This document shows, in pieces, positions 12,765 through 23,924 of a DNA stretch of 64,000 bases. The position numbers were made by a program, and so were the translations under genes. Numbering within the stretch: position 1 is the first letter of the stretch; each line of letters starts with the position of its first letter. The notes under the pieces were generated by a model. That model made no database searches and was not told the origin of the DNA. It was given only the letters and a program-made list of their open reading frames with translations. The DNA comes from Mobula hypostoma (Eukaryota): NCBI RefSeq assembly GCF_963921235.1, contig NC_086104.1, positions 157,790,001-157,854,000 on the forward strand, given 5' to 3'.

Positions 12765-13480
12765 CAAACCAATCCTTATTGAGGGATCAGAAGTGGAGAG
12801 AGTCAGCAGTTTCAAGTTCCTGGGTGTTAATATCTCTGAGAATCTAACCTGGTCCCAACATATCGATGTAGCTATAAAGAAGGCAAGACGGCGGCTATAT
12901 TTCATTAGGAGTTTGAGGAAATATGGCTTATTACTTAAACTACTCAAAAACCTCTTCAGATCTACAGTGGAGAGCATTCTGACAGGGTGCATCACCATCT
13001 GGTATAGGTGGGGGGGGGGCTACTGCACAGAATCAAAGTAAGCTGCAGAGATTGATAAAATTAGTCAGCTCCATCATGGGTGATAGCCTTCATAGTATCC
13101 AAGACATCTTCAAGGAGTGATGTCGCAAAAAGGCAGCATCCATCATTAAGGACCCCCACCACCCAGGACGTGCCCTCTTCTCATTGCTACCATCAGGGAG
13201 GAGGTACAGGAGCCTGAAGACCCACACTCAGCGATTCAGGAACAGCTTCTTCCCCTCTGCCACTGAATTTCTGAATGGACACTGAACCCATGAACACTCC
13301 CTCGCTGCTTTTTAAAAGATTTTGTCTTTGCACTACTTATTTTAACTATTTGATATACACAGATATTACTCACTGTAATTCAGTTTTTTCTATTTTTATC
13401 ACGTATTACTTTGTACTGCTGCTGCAAAGTTAACAAATTACACGACATTACCGGTGATATTAAAAATGATTCTGATCAAT
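12765..13480 (+). mobile_element. Rex1/Babar LINE 3' fragment
   Basis: ORF 12793-13041 ERVSSFKFLGVNISENLTWSQHIDVAIKKARRRLYFIRSL is typical Rex1/Babar RT C-terminus. Confidence 0.85.
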
Positions 13481-13614
13481 TTACCATTGCTCTACCCTCC
13501 ACTGCCTTCTGTTTGTGCAAATCTCCACCTATCTTTACAAACTTGAGGTCTGTGAAGTATTGCACAGAGTCCACTACTCTCTGCGGTTTCTTGTGTTCCT
13601 GCTGATTTGAACCG

Positions 13615-14530
13615 CAATGCCACACCATGATGAAACCAGTCAGGGTACTTTCAACAGGACATCTGTGGAAGGTTGGAAGTTTCTTAACTTTCTAAGAAAG
13701 TAAAGATACTAGCACTCTTCCCTTGTGATTGCATATATGTGTTGCCCAAGGACAGATCATCCAATATGTTAATGCACAGAAATTTAAAACTATCAACTCT
13801 CACTGCTGATCCCCCAATGTGTACTGGTACGGGTGCGCCCTCTGTCTCCTCCCAGAATTTAATAATCAACCCGTTAAGTTCGCTGACATTGAGTGAGAAG
13901 TTGTTTTTGAGGGACTACTCAACCAAGTAACCTACTTTGTTCCCGGAAGCTGACTCATTGCCACCAGTGATACGTCCAACATAATGTCATTGGTGAATCT
14001 GAAGATGGCTCTTGCATCAGAGTTAACTATGTACGCATGTACAGAGAGTAGAACAAGGGGCTAAGCATGCTGCACTGAAAAAGGATCTAATGCTTTCCCA
14101 GCTTTTCTGACAAATAAACTTTTCTCGGGCTTCCAGCTGAGTACAGGTGTCAATTTTAACCAATGTTTCGATGACAAACTCTGCAGAGTTTGTCCTGGAA
14201 ACATCGGTCAGTCGATACTGATACTCGACTGGAAGCCTGAGAAGTTTATTCGACGTTGTATTGATTGTGAATTGATGGTCCGCAAGGAGATGCTATTACC
14301 AATCCTCACTGCTTGAGGTCAAGTATCCAGTTGCAGGGGGAGGTAAAGAGTCCCAGATCTTGAAACCTGATGGTGAGTTTGATAGAATGATTATGTTGAA
14401 CACCCAGTTACAGTCAATGAACAGCAGCCTGCCATGAGTTCCTTTTGCCTAGATGGTCCACAGCAAAAAGAGCTACAGAAATCACATCTGCTGTTACCCT
14501 ACTGAGATGGTGTGCGTATTTGATCATCCA
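13615..14530 (-). mobile_element. Older Rex1/Babar fragment, interrupted at 14113-14250
   Basis: ORF 13684-13869 (VHIGGSAVRVDSFKFLCINILDDLS). Confidence 0.7.
14113..14250. repeat. ~140-bp imperfect palindrome, probably two fused pLTR ends of a second Penelope-like family
   Basis: Perfect 22-bp core gacaaactctg|cagagtttgtc at 14173-14194; outer arms ataaacttttctcgggcttccag / ctggaagcctgagaagtttat. Confidence 0.7.
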
Positions 14531-14866
14531 ATGAAGAAATTCAAGCTCACCTTTGCATGAGAAAATCCTTATATACGACTAGACGGTTGGAAGCTATTGC
14601 AAGTATTTTGACCTGACTTTAGATAAATTGAGCAAAGTTCATATAAATTACTGATGAATGCTGCTAGGAATGGTGCATTTGTACAGTAACAAAAATGCTC
14701 CACTTGGAGATTGCCAATTCCATTGTTTTTAAAAAAGTAATGCTACTCACTCTGATAATATTAAGCTGATGTTGTGAATGTTACTTAACAGATAAATGGA
14801 CAAACAACTCAGAGAATTTAATGAAAATATTTAATCAAAGACTTTGTCATAGAAAAATAAAATATA

Positions 14867-15165
14867 GGCATCTGTTAGTCTCATGAGACCATGGATTTAT
14901 GCCTTGGAAGGTTTCCAGGGCGCAGGCCTGGGCAAGGTTGTATGGAAGACCAGCAGTTGCCCATGCTGCAAGTCTCCACTCCCCACACCACCGATGTTGT
15001 CCAAGGGAAGGGCATTAGGGCCGATACAGCTTGGGACCAGTGTCGTCGCAGAGCAATGTGTGGTTAAGTGCCTTGTTCGAGGACACAACACGCTGTCTCA
15101 TCTGAGGCTCGAACTAGCGACCTTCAGATCACTAGACTGATGCCTTAACCACTGGGCCACGTGCC
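14867..15165 (-). mobile_element. tRNA-derived SINE (copy 1 of 3)
   Basis: Near-identical to 24041-24345 and 32354-32656, with an A/B-box head. Confidence 0.9.
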
Positions 15166-15569
15166 AACACATAGAAACATAGAAAACCTACAGCACAATC
15201 CAGGCCCTTCAGCCCACAAAGTTGTGCCAAACACGTCCCTACCTTAGAAATTACTAGGTTTACCTATAGCCCTCTATTTTTCTAAGCTCCATGTACCTAT
15301 CCAAAAGTATAGAAACAAAAGAGATGCAGCAAAGGTTTTTGTTAACTTTGAATTTAGAGATTAAGTTGCTGAGGGTTTAAAGATTTGTTCTCAGGGTATG
15401 TGACTGGTGCAAAGATGACACTCATTGTTTTAACTGGCTTTGGAAAAGCAGCTGTGAACCTACTCCTGAACCACCACAGTTAGTATGGTGAAAACCCCGC
15501 GAGGCACTTTGGGACGAGGGTTTGAGACTTTGATCTGGGATCTTGGAAAGAAGGTCACATTGCTTTATG

Positions 15570-16075
15570 TACGCTCAATGACCACTTTGGTAGATACACC
15601 TGCACACCAGCTCATCAACGCAATATCTAATCAGCCAATCATGTGACAGCAACTCAATGCATAAAAGCATGCAAACATTGTCAAGAGGTTCAGTTGTCAC
15701 TGAGGCCAAACTTCAGAATGGAGAAGAAATGTGATCTAAGTGACTTTGACCGTGGTTTTGTATTATTGGTGCCAGATGGGATGGTTTGAGAATCTCAGAA
15801 ACTGCTGATCACGCATAAAAGTCTCTAACATTTACAGAGAACGGTGCAAAGAAAAGTCATCTAGTAAGCAGTGGTTCTAGGGGGGGGGAAATGACTCGTT
15901 AACTAGAGAGGTCAGGGGAGACAGTAACTGAAATAACCACGCATTACAACAGTGATGTGCAGAAGAGCATTTCTGAACACAACACATCAAACATTAAAGT
16001 GAATGAGCTAAAGCAGCAGAACACCACAAACATACACTCAGTGGCTATTTCATTAGGTTCAGGTGGTACTTATAT
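15570..16075 (+). mobile_element. Tc1-like DNA transposon remnant
   Basis: TIR-like ta-cgctcaatgaccacttt...gatacacctg, then degenerate transposase 5' sequence (gatctaagtgactttgaccgtgg...); related to 60048-60241. Confidence 0.65.
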
Positions 16076-16639
16076 ACAGTATATACAAAATTAAATTAGT
16101 GCAAAAAAAGAGAGCAAAATAATTGTGAGATAGTGTTCATGGGTTCATCAACCATTCAGAAATCTGATAGCAGAGGGGAAGAGATTGTTCCTAAAATCTG
16201 AGTGTATTGTTCCATTTGATGGACTACATTTTTTCTTAAATGTCACCCTGGCCTACATCCCAAGAACTTCCTTACTCAAAGTAAGATCTTTTATTCATGA
16301 AAAAGCAGTATTTTCATAAATAGAGAAATCCTTGCATCTTTCTGAAACATGGTTTGATCTCTGATGCTAGACAGAAATGTAGTTGCTAATAAAAATGATC
16401 TTTTTTAAAAACATTCTCATATGGGTCAACCACATTCAGTGTTATTCAAGCAGCCATTTGAAGACATTCAGTAAACAGAATCAGATGTCCAGACAGGAAC
16501 GATTGAGAACCTGGTCCAGCCATACTTTTCCAAGTATTACTAGCAAATCAACCCTGTTAATTTTTAAACTTGGGATTAAAAAAACCATAATCGGGTACCC
16601 TGGCATTGAAGAAAAGAGCATGTTTCCTTGAATCTACAT

Positions 16640-19510
16640 TCAATAAGACCATAAGCTGTTGGAGCAGAATTAGGCAATTTGGCCCATTAAGTTTGCTCTG
16701 CCATTTCATCATGGCTGACTCATCTTTCCTCTGAGCCCCAGTCACCTGCCTTTCCCAGTCTCCTGCCTTCCCCCAGTCTCCTGCCTTCCCCCCAGTCTCC
16801 TGCCTTCCCCCAGTCACCTGCCTTCCCCCAGTCACCTGCCTTCCCCCAGTCTCCTGCCTTCCCCCCGTCTCCTGCCTTCCCCCAGTCTCCTGCCTTCCCC
16901 CAGTCTCCTTCCTTCCCCCAGTCTCCTTCCTTCCCCAGTCTCCTTCCTTGCCCAGTCTCCTGCCTTCCCCAGTCTCCTGCCTTCCCCCCAGTCTCCTGCC
17001 TTCCCCCAGTCACCTGCTTTCCCCCAGTCGCCTGCCTTCCCCCCAGTCTCCTGCCTTCCCCAGTCTCCTGCCTTCCCCATTCTCCTGCCTTCCCCCCAGT
17101 CTCCTGCTTTCCCCCAGTCTCCTGCCTTCCCCATTCTCCTGCCTTCCCCCAGTCTCCTACCTTCCCCCAATCTCCTGCCTTCCCCCAATCTCCTGCTTTC
17201 CCCCAGTCTCCTGCCTTCCCCCAGTCGCCTGCCTTCCCCCCAGTCTCCTGCTTTCCCCCAGTCTCCTGCCTTCCCCCAGTCTCCTGCCTTCCCCCCAGTC
17301 TCCTGCTTTCCCCCAGTCTCCTGCCTTCCCCACTCCTGCCTTCCCCCAGTCGCCTGCCTTCCCCAGTCTCCTGCCTTCCCCCAGTCTCCTGCCTTCCCCC
17401 CAGTCTCCTGCCTTCCCCCAATCTCCTGCCTTCCCCTCAGTCTCCTGCCTTCCCCTCAGTCTCCTGCCTTCCCCCCTCTCCTGCTTTCCCCCAGTCTCCT
17501 ACCTTCCCCAGTCTCCTGCCTTCCCCCCAGTCTCCTGCCTTCCCCCCAGTCTCCTGCCTTCCCCCAGTCGCCTGCCTTCCCCAGTCTCCTGCCTTCCCCC
17601 AATTTCCTACCTTCCCCCAATCTCCTGCCTTCCCCAGTCTCCTGCCTTCCCCCAGTCTCCTGCCTTCCCCCCAGTCTCCTGTTTTCCCCCAGTCTCCTGC
17701 CTTCCCCCGTCTCCTGCCTTCCCCCATCTCCTGCCTTCTCCCAATCTCCTGCCTTCCCTGTCTCCTGCCTTCCCCAGTCTCCTGCCTTCCCCCAATCTCC
17801 TGCCTTTCCCCCATATCCCTTCATGCCCTGAACCCTCTCCAGTTTCAACACATCCTTTCTAAGATAAGGGGCGAAACACTGCTCACAATCTCTAAGTGAG
17901 GCCTCAAAGGTGCTTTATAAAGTCTCGACATCACACTTTTGCTTTTATATTCCAGTCCTCTTGAAAGGAATATTAACATTGTATTTTCCTTCCTCACCAC
18001 AGACTCAACCTGCAAATTAACCTTTAGGGAATCCTGCACGAGGATTCCCAAATCCCTTTTGTATTTTCTCTCCATTTAGAAAATAATCAACCTTTTCATT
18101 CCTTCTATCAAAGTGCATGACCACACACTTCCCAACACTATTCTATCTGCCACTTCTTTGCCCATTCTCCGAATCCAAGTCCTTCTCTAGCTGCTCTATT
18201 TCCTCAAAACTGCCCGCACCTATCTTTGTATCATCTGCAAACTTTGCAGCAAGGCCATCAATTCCATCATCCAAATCACTGACATATAGCGTAAAAAGAA
18301 TAGGTCCCGACACAGACCCCTCTGGAACACTAGGTTCTTAGTCACCAGCAGCCAGCCAGAGAAGGCTCCCTGATTCCTACTCTTTGCTTCCTGCTAATTA
18401 GCTACCATTTTGTCCATACTAAAACTTGCCCATAATACCATGAACTCATAGCTTGTTAAGCAGCTTCATGTCTGGCACCTTGTCAAAGGCCATCTGAAAA
18501 TCCAAGTACACAGCATCAATCGATTCTCCTTTGTCTATCCTACATGTTAATTCTTCAAAGAATTCCAACAGATTTGTCAAGCAAGATTTTCCCTTGAGGA
18601 AACCATGCTGACTATGGCCCATTTTATCATGTGCCTCCAAGTACCCTGAGACCTTATCCTTAATAATCAACTCCAACATCTTCCCAAACACTGAGGTCAG
18701 ACTAACTGGCCTATAATTTCCTTTCTTCTCCCTTCTTGAAGAGCGGACTGACATTTCCAATCTTCCAGTCTTCTGGAACCATCCAGGATCTAGTGGTACT
18801 TGAAAGATCATTACTGATGCCTCCACAATCTCTTCAACCACCTCTTTCAGAACCCTGGTCACCATCTGATCCAAGTGACTTGTCTACCTTCAGACTTTTC
18901 AGTTTCCCCAAGAACTTTCTCCCTAGTAATGGTAATTTCATACACTTCATGACCCCTGACACCTGGAACTTTCACCATACTACTAGTTTCTTCACAGTAA
19001 AGACTGATGCAAAACGCTTATTCAGTTTATCTGTCATTTCCTTGTCTCCCCACTGCTACCTCTCCAGCATTGTTTTCCAGCGGTCCAATATCCACTCTTG
19101 CGTCTCTTTTACACTTGATGTATCTGAAAATACTTTCGGTATCTTCTTTAATATTATTTACTAGCTTACTTGCATATTCCATCTTTACCCCCTTAATGGT
19201 TTTTTTGTTGCCTTCTGTTGGTATTTAAAAACTTCCCAATACTCTAACTTCCCACTAGTATTTGCTCTATTTTATGCCTTCTCTTTGGCCTTTATGTTGG
19301 CTTTGACTTCTCTTGTTAGCCATGGTTGTGTTATCTTGCCTTTAGAATACTTCTTCCTCTTTGGGATGTAAATATCCTGCGGCTTCTGAATTGCTTCCAG
19401 AAATTCCAGCCACTGCTGCCCTGCTGTCATCTGTGCCAGTGTTCTTTTCCAATCAAATCTGGCCAACTCCTCTCTCAGTTTTGTTCAGTATTTTTATTGT
19501 TTGGTTAACC
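16640..19510 (-). mobile_element. Degenerate CR1 LINE (ORF2 3' part and 3' UTR) hosting a minisatellite
   Basis: ORFs 17845-18075, 18446-18874 (NYRPVSLTSV..GKSCLTNLLEFFE..DAVYLDFQ.AFDKV) and 19272-19466. Confidence 0.9.
16737..17812. repeat. Minisatellite, ~17-19 bp unit cagtctcctgccttcccc(c), roughly 60 units
   Basis: Directly visible tandem array with variable C-run length and variants (gtcacc, gtcgcc, aatctcc, ctttcc). Confidence 0.97.
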
Positions 19511-19704
19511 ACCCTCCACCACTCATCTCTGATGACAGCTTGCCATAATACAAAATGGAAGAACACATACCAGCCCTCAGTGAGGGGTCAGCGGTGAAAA
19601 AGGTGAGCAGCTTCAAGTTCCGGGTATCAACATCTCAGAGCATCCATCTGAGCCCAACACCTTAAAGCCACACTCAGGTTGGAGGAACAACACCTTATAT
19701 TCTG

Positions 19705-20188
19705 TCTGGGTAGCCTCCAACCTGATGGCATGAACATGGACTTCTCAAACTTCCGCTAATGCCCCACCTCCCCCTCGTACCCCATTCATTACTTATTTAT
19801 ATACACACATTCTTTCTCTCTCTCTCCTTTTTCTCCCTCTGTCCCTCTCACTATACCCTTTGCCTATCCTCTGGGTTTTCCCCCCTCCCCCTTTTCCTTC
19901 TCCCTGGGCCTCCCGTCCCATGATCCTCTCATATCCCTTTTGCCAATCACCTGTCCAGCTCTTGGCTCCATCCCTCCCCCTCCTGTCTTCTCCTATCATT
20001 TTGGATCTTCCCCCCCCCCCACCTTCAAATCTCTTACTAACTCTTCCTTCAGTTAGTCCTGATGAAGGGTCTCGGCCTGAAACGTCGACTGTACCTCTTC
20101 CTAGAGATGCTGCCTGGCCTGCTGCGTTCACCAGCAAATTTGATGTATGTTGTTGAATTTCCAGCATCTGCAGAATTCCTCGTGTTTA
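19705..20188 (+). mobile_element. Penelope-like element 3' fragment (end of GIY-YIG domain plus pLTR)
   Basis: Near-identical to 42137-42616: ...LRLEEQHLIF.LGSLQPDGMN.DF, pyrimidine-rich tract, then pLTR. Confidence 0.9.
20055..20090 (+). ncRNA. Minimal type I hammerhead ribozyme motif in PLE pLTR
   Basis: AGUC-CUGAUGA-AGG(GUCUCGG)CCU-GAAA-CGUC/GACU: intact core, stem I AGUC/GACU, stem II AGG/CCU, palindromic ACGU replacing stem III. Predicted cleavage after C20086. Confidence 0.75.
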
Positions 20189-20631
20189 CGTTGACAAATT
20201 TCACCAGATAGTTAGTGATAATAAACCTAGCTCTGATTCTGAAGACGGTCAGAGAAAAAGCCTTTCTAATCAGAGAATAATAATGTTCAGAAATAAAAAA
20301 CTAACATCATGAAATGTTCAGCAGGTCAGGCTGCATCAATGAATCCATTACACAAATAATATTGGAGAATCACCAATGAGGAACAGTTGGCAAGTTTGAA
20401 ACTTCTTGCTTGAGTGGGAATATCCACAATTTACAAAGACATTCCCTGGTAAGTTCAAGTCCATTGATTTAGAATTTAAATCAGTTTCTTATCTGTTTAA
20501 TGATTCCAAAGCATGCACAGCAGAATGGTGAAAAACTAAATGAAAAAAAAACAAAGAAAAGCAAGCCAATGAAATACATTACGCAACAGCTTTATCAACA
20601 GTCTTTTCCATGACATTTTTCTGAAAAAAAT

Positions 20632-21640
20632 CCCTAAGACCACAAGACATAGGAATAGAATTAGGCCTTTTGGGCCCATCAAATTTGCTCCACCATTCCA
20701 ACATGGCTTATTTATTTTCCATCCCAACCGCATTCTGTTTTCTTCTCCCTGTAACCTCTGACACCTTATTAATCAGAACCTATCAACTTCCACTTTAAAG
20801 ATACCCAATGACTTGACCTCCACAGCTGCCTGTTGCAATGAATTCCACAGATTCATCACACTCTGGCTACAGAAATTTCTCTTCATCTCTGTTCTAAAGG
20901 GACATCCTTTTATTCTGAGACTCTGCCCTCTGGTCTTAGAATAACCCACTACAGGGAACATCTTCTCCACGTCCATTCTATCTCAATATTGGGAATGAAT
21001 GAAATTTATTTCGGTCAGTACAAACATAACAAAAAGCATCATTTTCAACGATGATTTCACAGGACAAAATTACACAAAAAAAAAGATATTCTTTAAAACA
21101 GACCGAAAGGGTGTAGGCTGAAGCTACAGCTTATTACACCTACCCCTCTTACTTATACAACAACATATTTGGCATCAATCATCACATCAAAACAAAAAAT
21201 TTCATAATCTTTTAACACAAATCCAATTCCAAGTGTCACTTATTAACATTACTCCTATTCATTTTAAATTATGTATTTTATAGTTGTTCATTAAATTATT
21301 TTAAAATATTTTTTAAACTTGTTAAGTGTGGTACATGTTTTTAAATTCTCACTACAACTGTTCCATAGATTCACCTCTCTGATTGAAATACAATGATTTT
21401 TTACATTTGTTCTTATCCTTTGTTTTTGAAATATACACGTTCCTCTCAAATCATGTTGACTTTCTCTCATTTTAAACAACCTTTGGATACTTTGTGGTAG
21501 CTGTCCATTTTTTACTTTATTCAATAATATTCAATAGGTTTTAATGAGATCCCTCCTCATTCTTCTGAAATCCAGCGAACCATCAAACTGCCCTCATATG
21601 TAAATCCTTTCATTTCTGGGATCATTCTCATGATTTCTAA
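20632..21640 (-). mobile_element. CR1 3' fragment split by an L2/Crack/Daphne-type LINE 3' fragment (~20993-21525)
   Basis: CR1 sequence ...tccattctatc resumes at aataggttttaatgagatccc. The insert has ORF 21291-21524 (LRG...RTNVK..CISIR.VNLWNS..LK) and a (cattcatt) tail. Confidence 0.7.
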
Positions 21641-21734
21641 ACATTGAATCAGGACATTGTAGACCACAAGAGAGGTACATTATGGAAATTAGTAGATATT
21701 CCAGTTAGCTTTAAATACTCTGGAATTAACGCAC

Positions 21735-21799
21735 CTAATGTCAATTCTCCTGAATGGATAATCGCTGCCATCACTGTCATCTGGCAATCGGCAGACACC
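21735..21799 (-). CDS. polb: DNA polymerase beta exon (human exon 12 equivalent, carries catalytic Asp256)
   Basis: gaacag|GGT GTC TGC CGA ... GAC ATT AG|gtgcgt = GVCRLPDDSDGSDYPFRRIDI(R), versus human [22 protein letters not shown]. 65 nt; phase joins the 140-nt exon. Confidence 0.96.
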
Positions 21800-22375
21800 C
21801 TGTTCAAAGAAAGCAGAGAAAACTGGTTAGGGATACTAACAAAACAGTCTTAAGTAACTATCATAAAATCAGCATGGACCAAAATCATTGCCAAAAACAG
21901 TATGGCAAAACAATGAATTTTTTTGGTACTTAGGAAATGAAAGAAAAATCTGGGAATTAATTATACTCGCATGTTCAAAGTACATTTATTATCATAGTAT
22001 GTACACTATATACAATCTTGAGATTCATCTCCTTACAGGCAGCCACAAAACAAAGAAACCCAATAGAACCCATTAAGAAAAAGAAGATCGTCAAACATCC
22101 AATGTGTAGAGAGCGAGAAAAAACATGCAAACTAGAAAAGTTAGCAAATAGCATTCAGAACTAAAGTATTACAAAAGTAAGTGCACAGGCACAGGGCCAG
22201 GTATCATCGCAGCCAGAGCGAGCCAACACCCTGACCTTTTCAGCCTGGCCCGGCATTTAGATCATCCAAACATTGGGTCGTTCCTTGCTCTTAGACCTAG
22301 GCCCTGTTGCTTCAATACGCTTGGGGCTTGGACCCTGTTGTCATCGTTAGTTTAACACCAGTATTCTACAAAGTG

Positions 22376-22640
22376 ACAGCATGGTAGTATAGCAGTTAGC
22401 ACAATGCTATAGAGCACTGGCTGTAAGATTGGAGTTCAATTCCTGCTGCTGTCGGTCAGGGGTTTTCACCATAACCATGGTGCATTAGTTGTGGGTATGT
22501 TATGTTGATGCTGGAAGTACGGGGACACTTGTGGGCTCCCCCCAGCATAATCTTTGCTGCTTTGATTTGACACAATCAGTGCATTTCACTGTATATTTTA
22601 ATGTACATGTGACAAATAAAGATAATATCTAATCTTAATC
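22376..22640 (+). mobile_element. Degenerate V-SINE-like element
   Basis: catggtagtatagcagttagc...ggagttcaattcctgctgctgtc head and aataaagataatatctaatc tail. Confidence 0.55.
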
Positions 22641-23924
22641 TGAATCTCTTACAGATCATATTAGGCAGATTAATACTCCTCATTTTCCAATTGCTGGATT
22701 TGGTGATCAAGCAGCAACTTTATAAAGTACTGCATCACGAAGTTGGCTAAATTGTAGTAAAGTCAATGTGTCTGTGGAAGAAATAAACTTCATGAGTTGA
22801 ATGATACAGATTGCTTTGATATTCATCTCCCATCATGAACCACAGCATTTATGAACAATGTAGTTCTTGCCAATTGGCAACCAGGGAATAGTTTCAACTT
22901 GCTCTAAACAATAATCATAACACTGATTCATTAATCACTTAAAAGGGAACAATTCAGTTCTCTTAAGATTAAACTCTTCCCAGATAATTCATTTCAATCT
23001 AATGCAAGTCTTTCTTTTAAAATAGTTCATGGGCAATTTTTGTCAGTATTATGAATTGCAAAAAGAACAGCGATAAACCACAGGAGGATATAACAATTTG
23101 ATAGAATGAACAAACTTGTGGTGGGTGGAGTTGAAATCAATTTGACACTAGCTGATACATTTTTGAAGGAAATCTGTGGGGGGGTGGGGGGAGACTATAT
23201 AAAACAAAGGACACTGTTCTATAAAGAGTGGATGAGCAGCAGCATATGCGAGCATGGATGTATAAACTATTGGAAATAACAATGCAAGTTGTGAAAGAAA
23301 CTTCTTTGGCATTCTTGACTTTGTCGAGGCATAGAGCATACAGGCAAGATGCACTTAGGAAAACAGGAGCAGGTCTCTCCTCATGACCCATCCCAGTCCC
23401 CAACTCTTCTGTTCCACATAGCTCCCAGTTCCACAATCTTTCTCATACATATCCACTTTCTCTTTAACTACCTTTAGTGATCAAATTTCCAAGAACCTCT
23501 AGGGTAGAGAATTCTATAGATACACCACCCTGAGAGATGATATTGCAATGCATTTCAGCTTTAAATGACTGCTCCTTTAAGTTGTAACTATGTCCCATTG
23601 TTCAAGACTCAAACATTTTGACATTTACCCTGTGATCCTCCTTAGGATCATATACCTTTCAATGTTCGTCTCTCATTCTCCTGAACTGCAACACTACAGC
23701 CCCATATGCAAGTTTGTGAATCAAAAGAAAATGAAGGTAACTTTCAAAATAGCCATCTATGCAAGAATGAAAAAGCACAACCACTTAGTTTTAAAATTCA
23801 CCTGGACCCACTCTTTGGAAGCACAATGAAGGACAATTTTAAAAGAAATTCCAAAAGATATTGTAATAATTATATTTTATTCCAGTATCTTCACTAAACA
23901 TGATTACTTAAAGATTAGCTTTAT

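Noticed and set aside
14867-15308. SINE targeting of CR1 3' tails (two of three copies are next to one)
   Set aside because: CR1 ends are very abundant here and the third copy is not associated; too few cases.
16737-17812. CRISPR-like or telomeric array
   Set aside because: Direct tandem units without unique spacers, not TTAGGG, and in a eukaryotic intron.
16557-17862. Long ORFs (up to 304 aa) on both strands
   Set aside because: They are read-throughs of the stop-free minisatellite, giving low-complexity repeats with no gene context.
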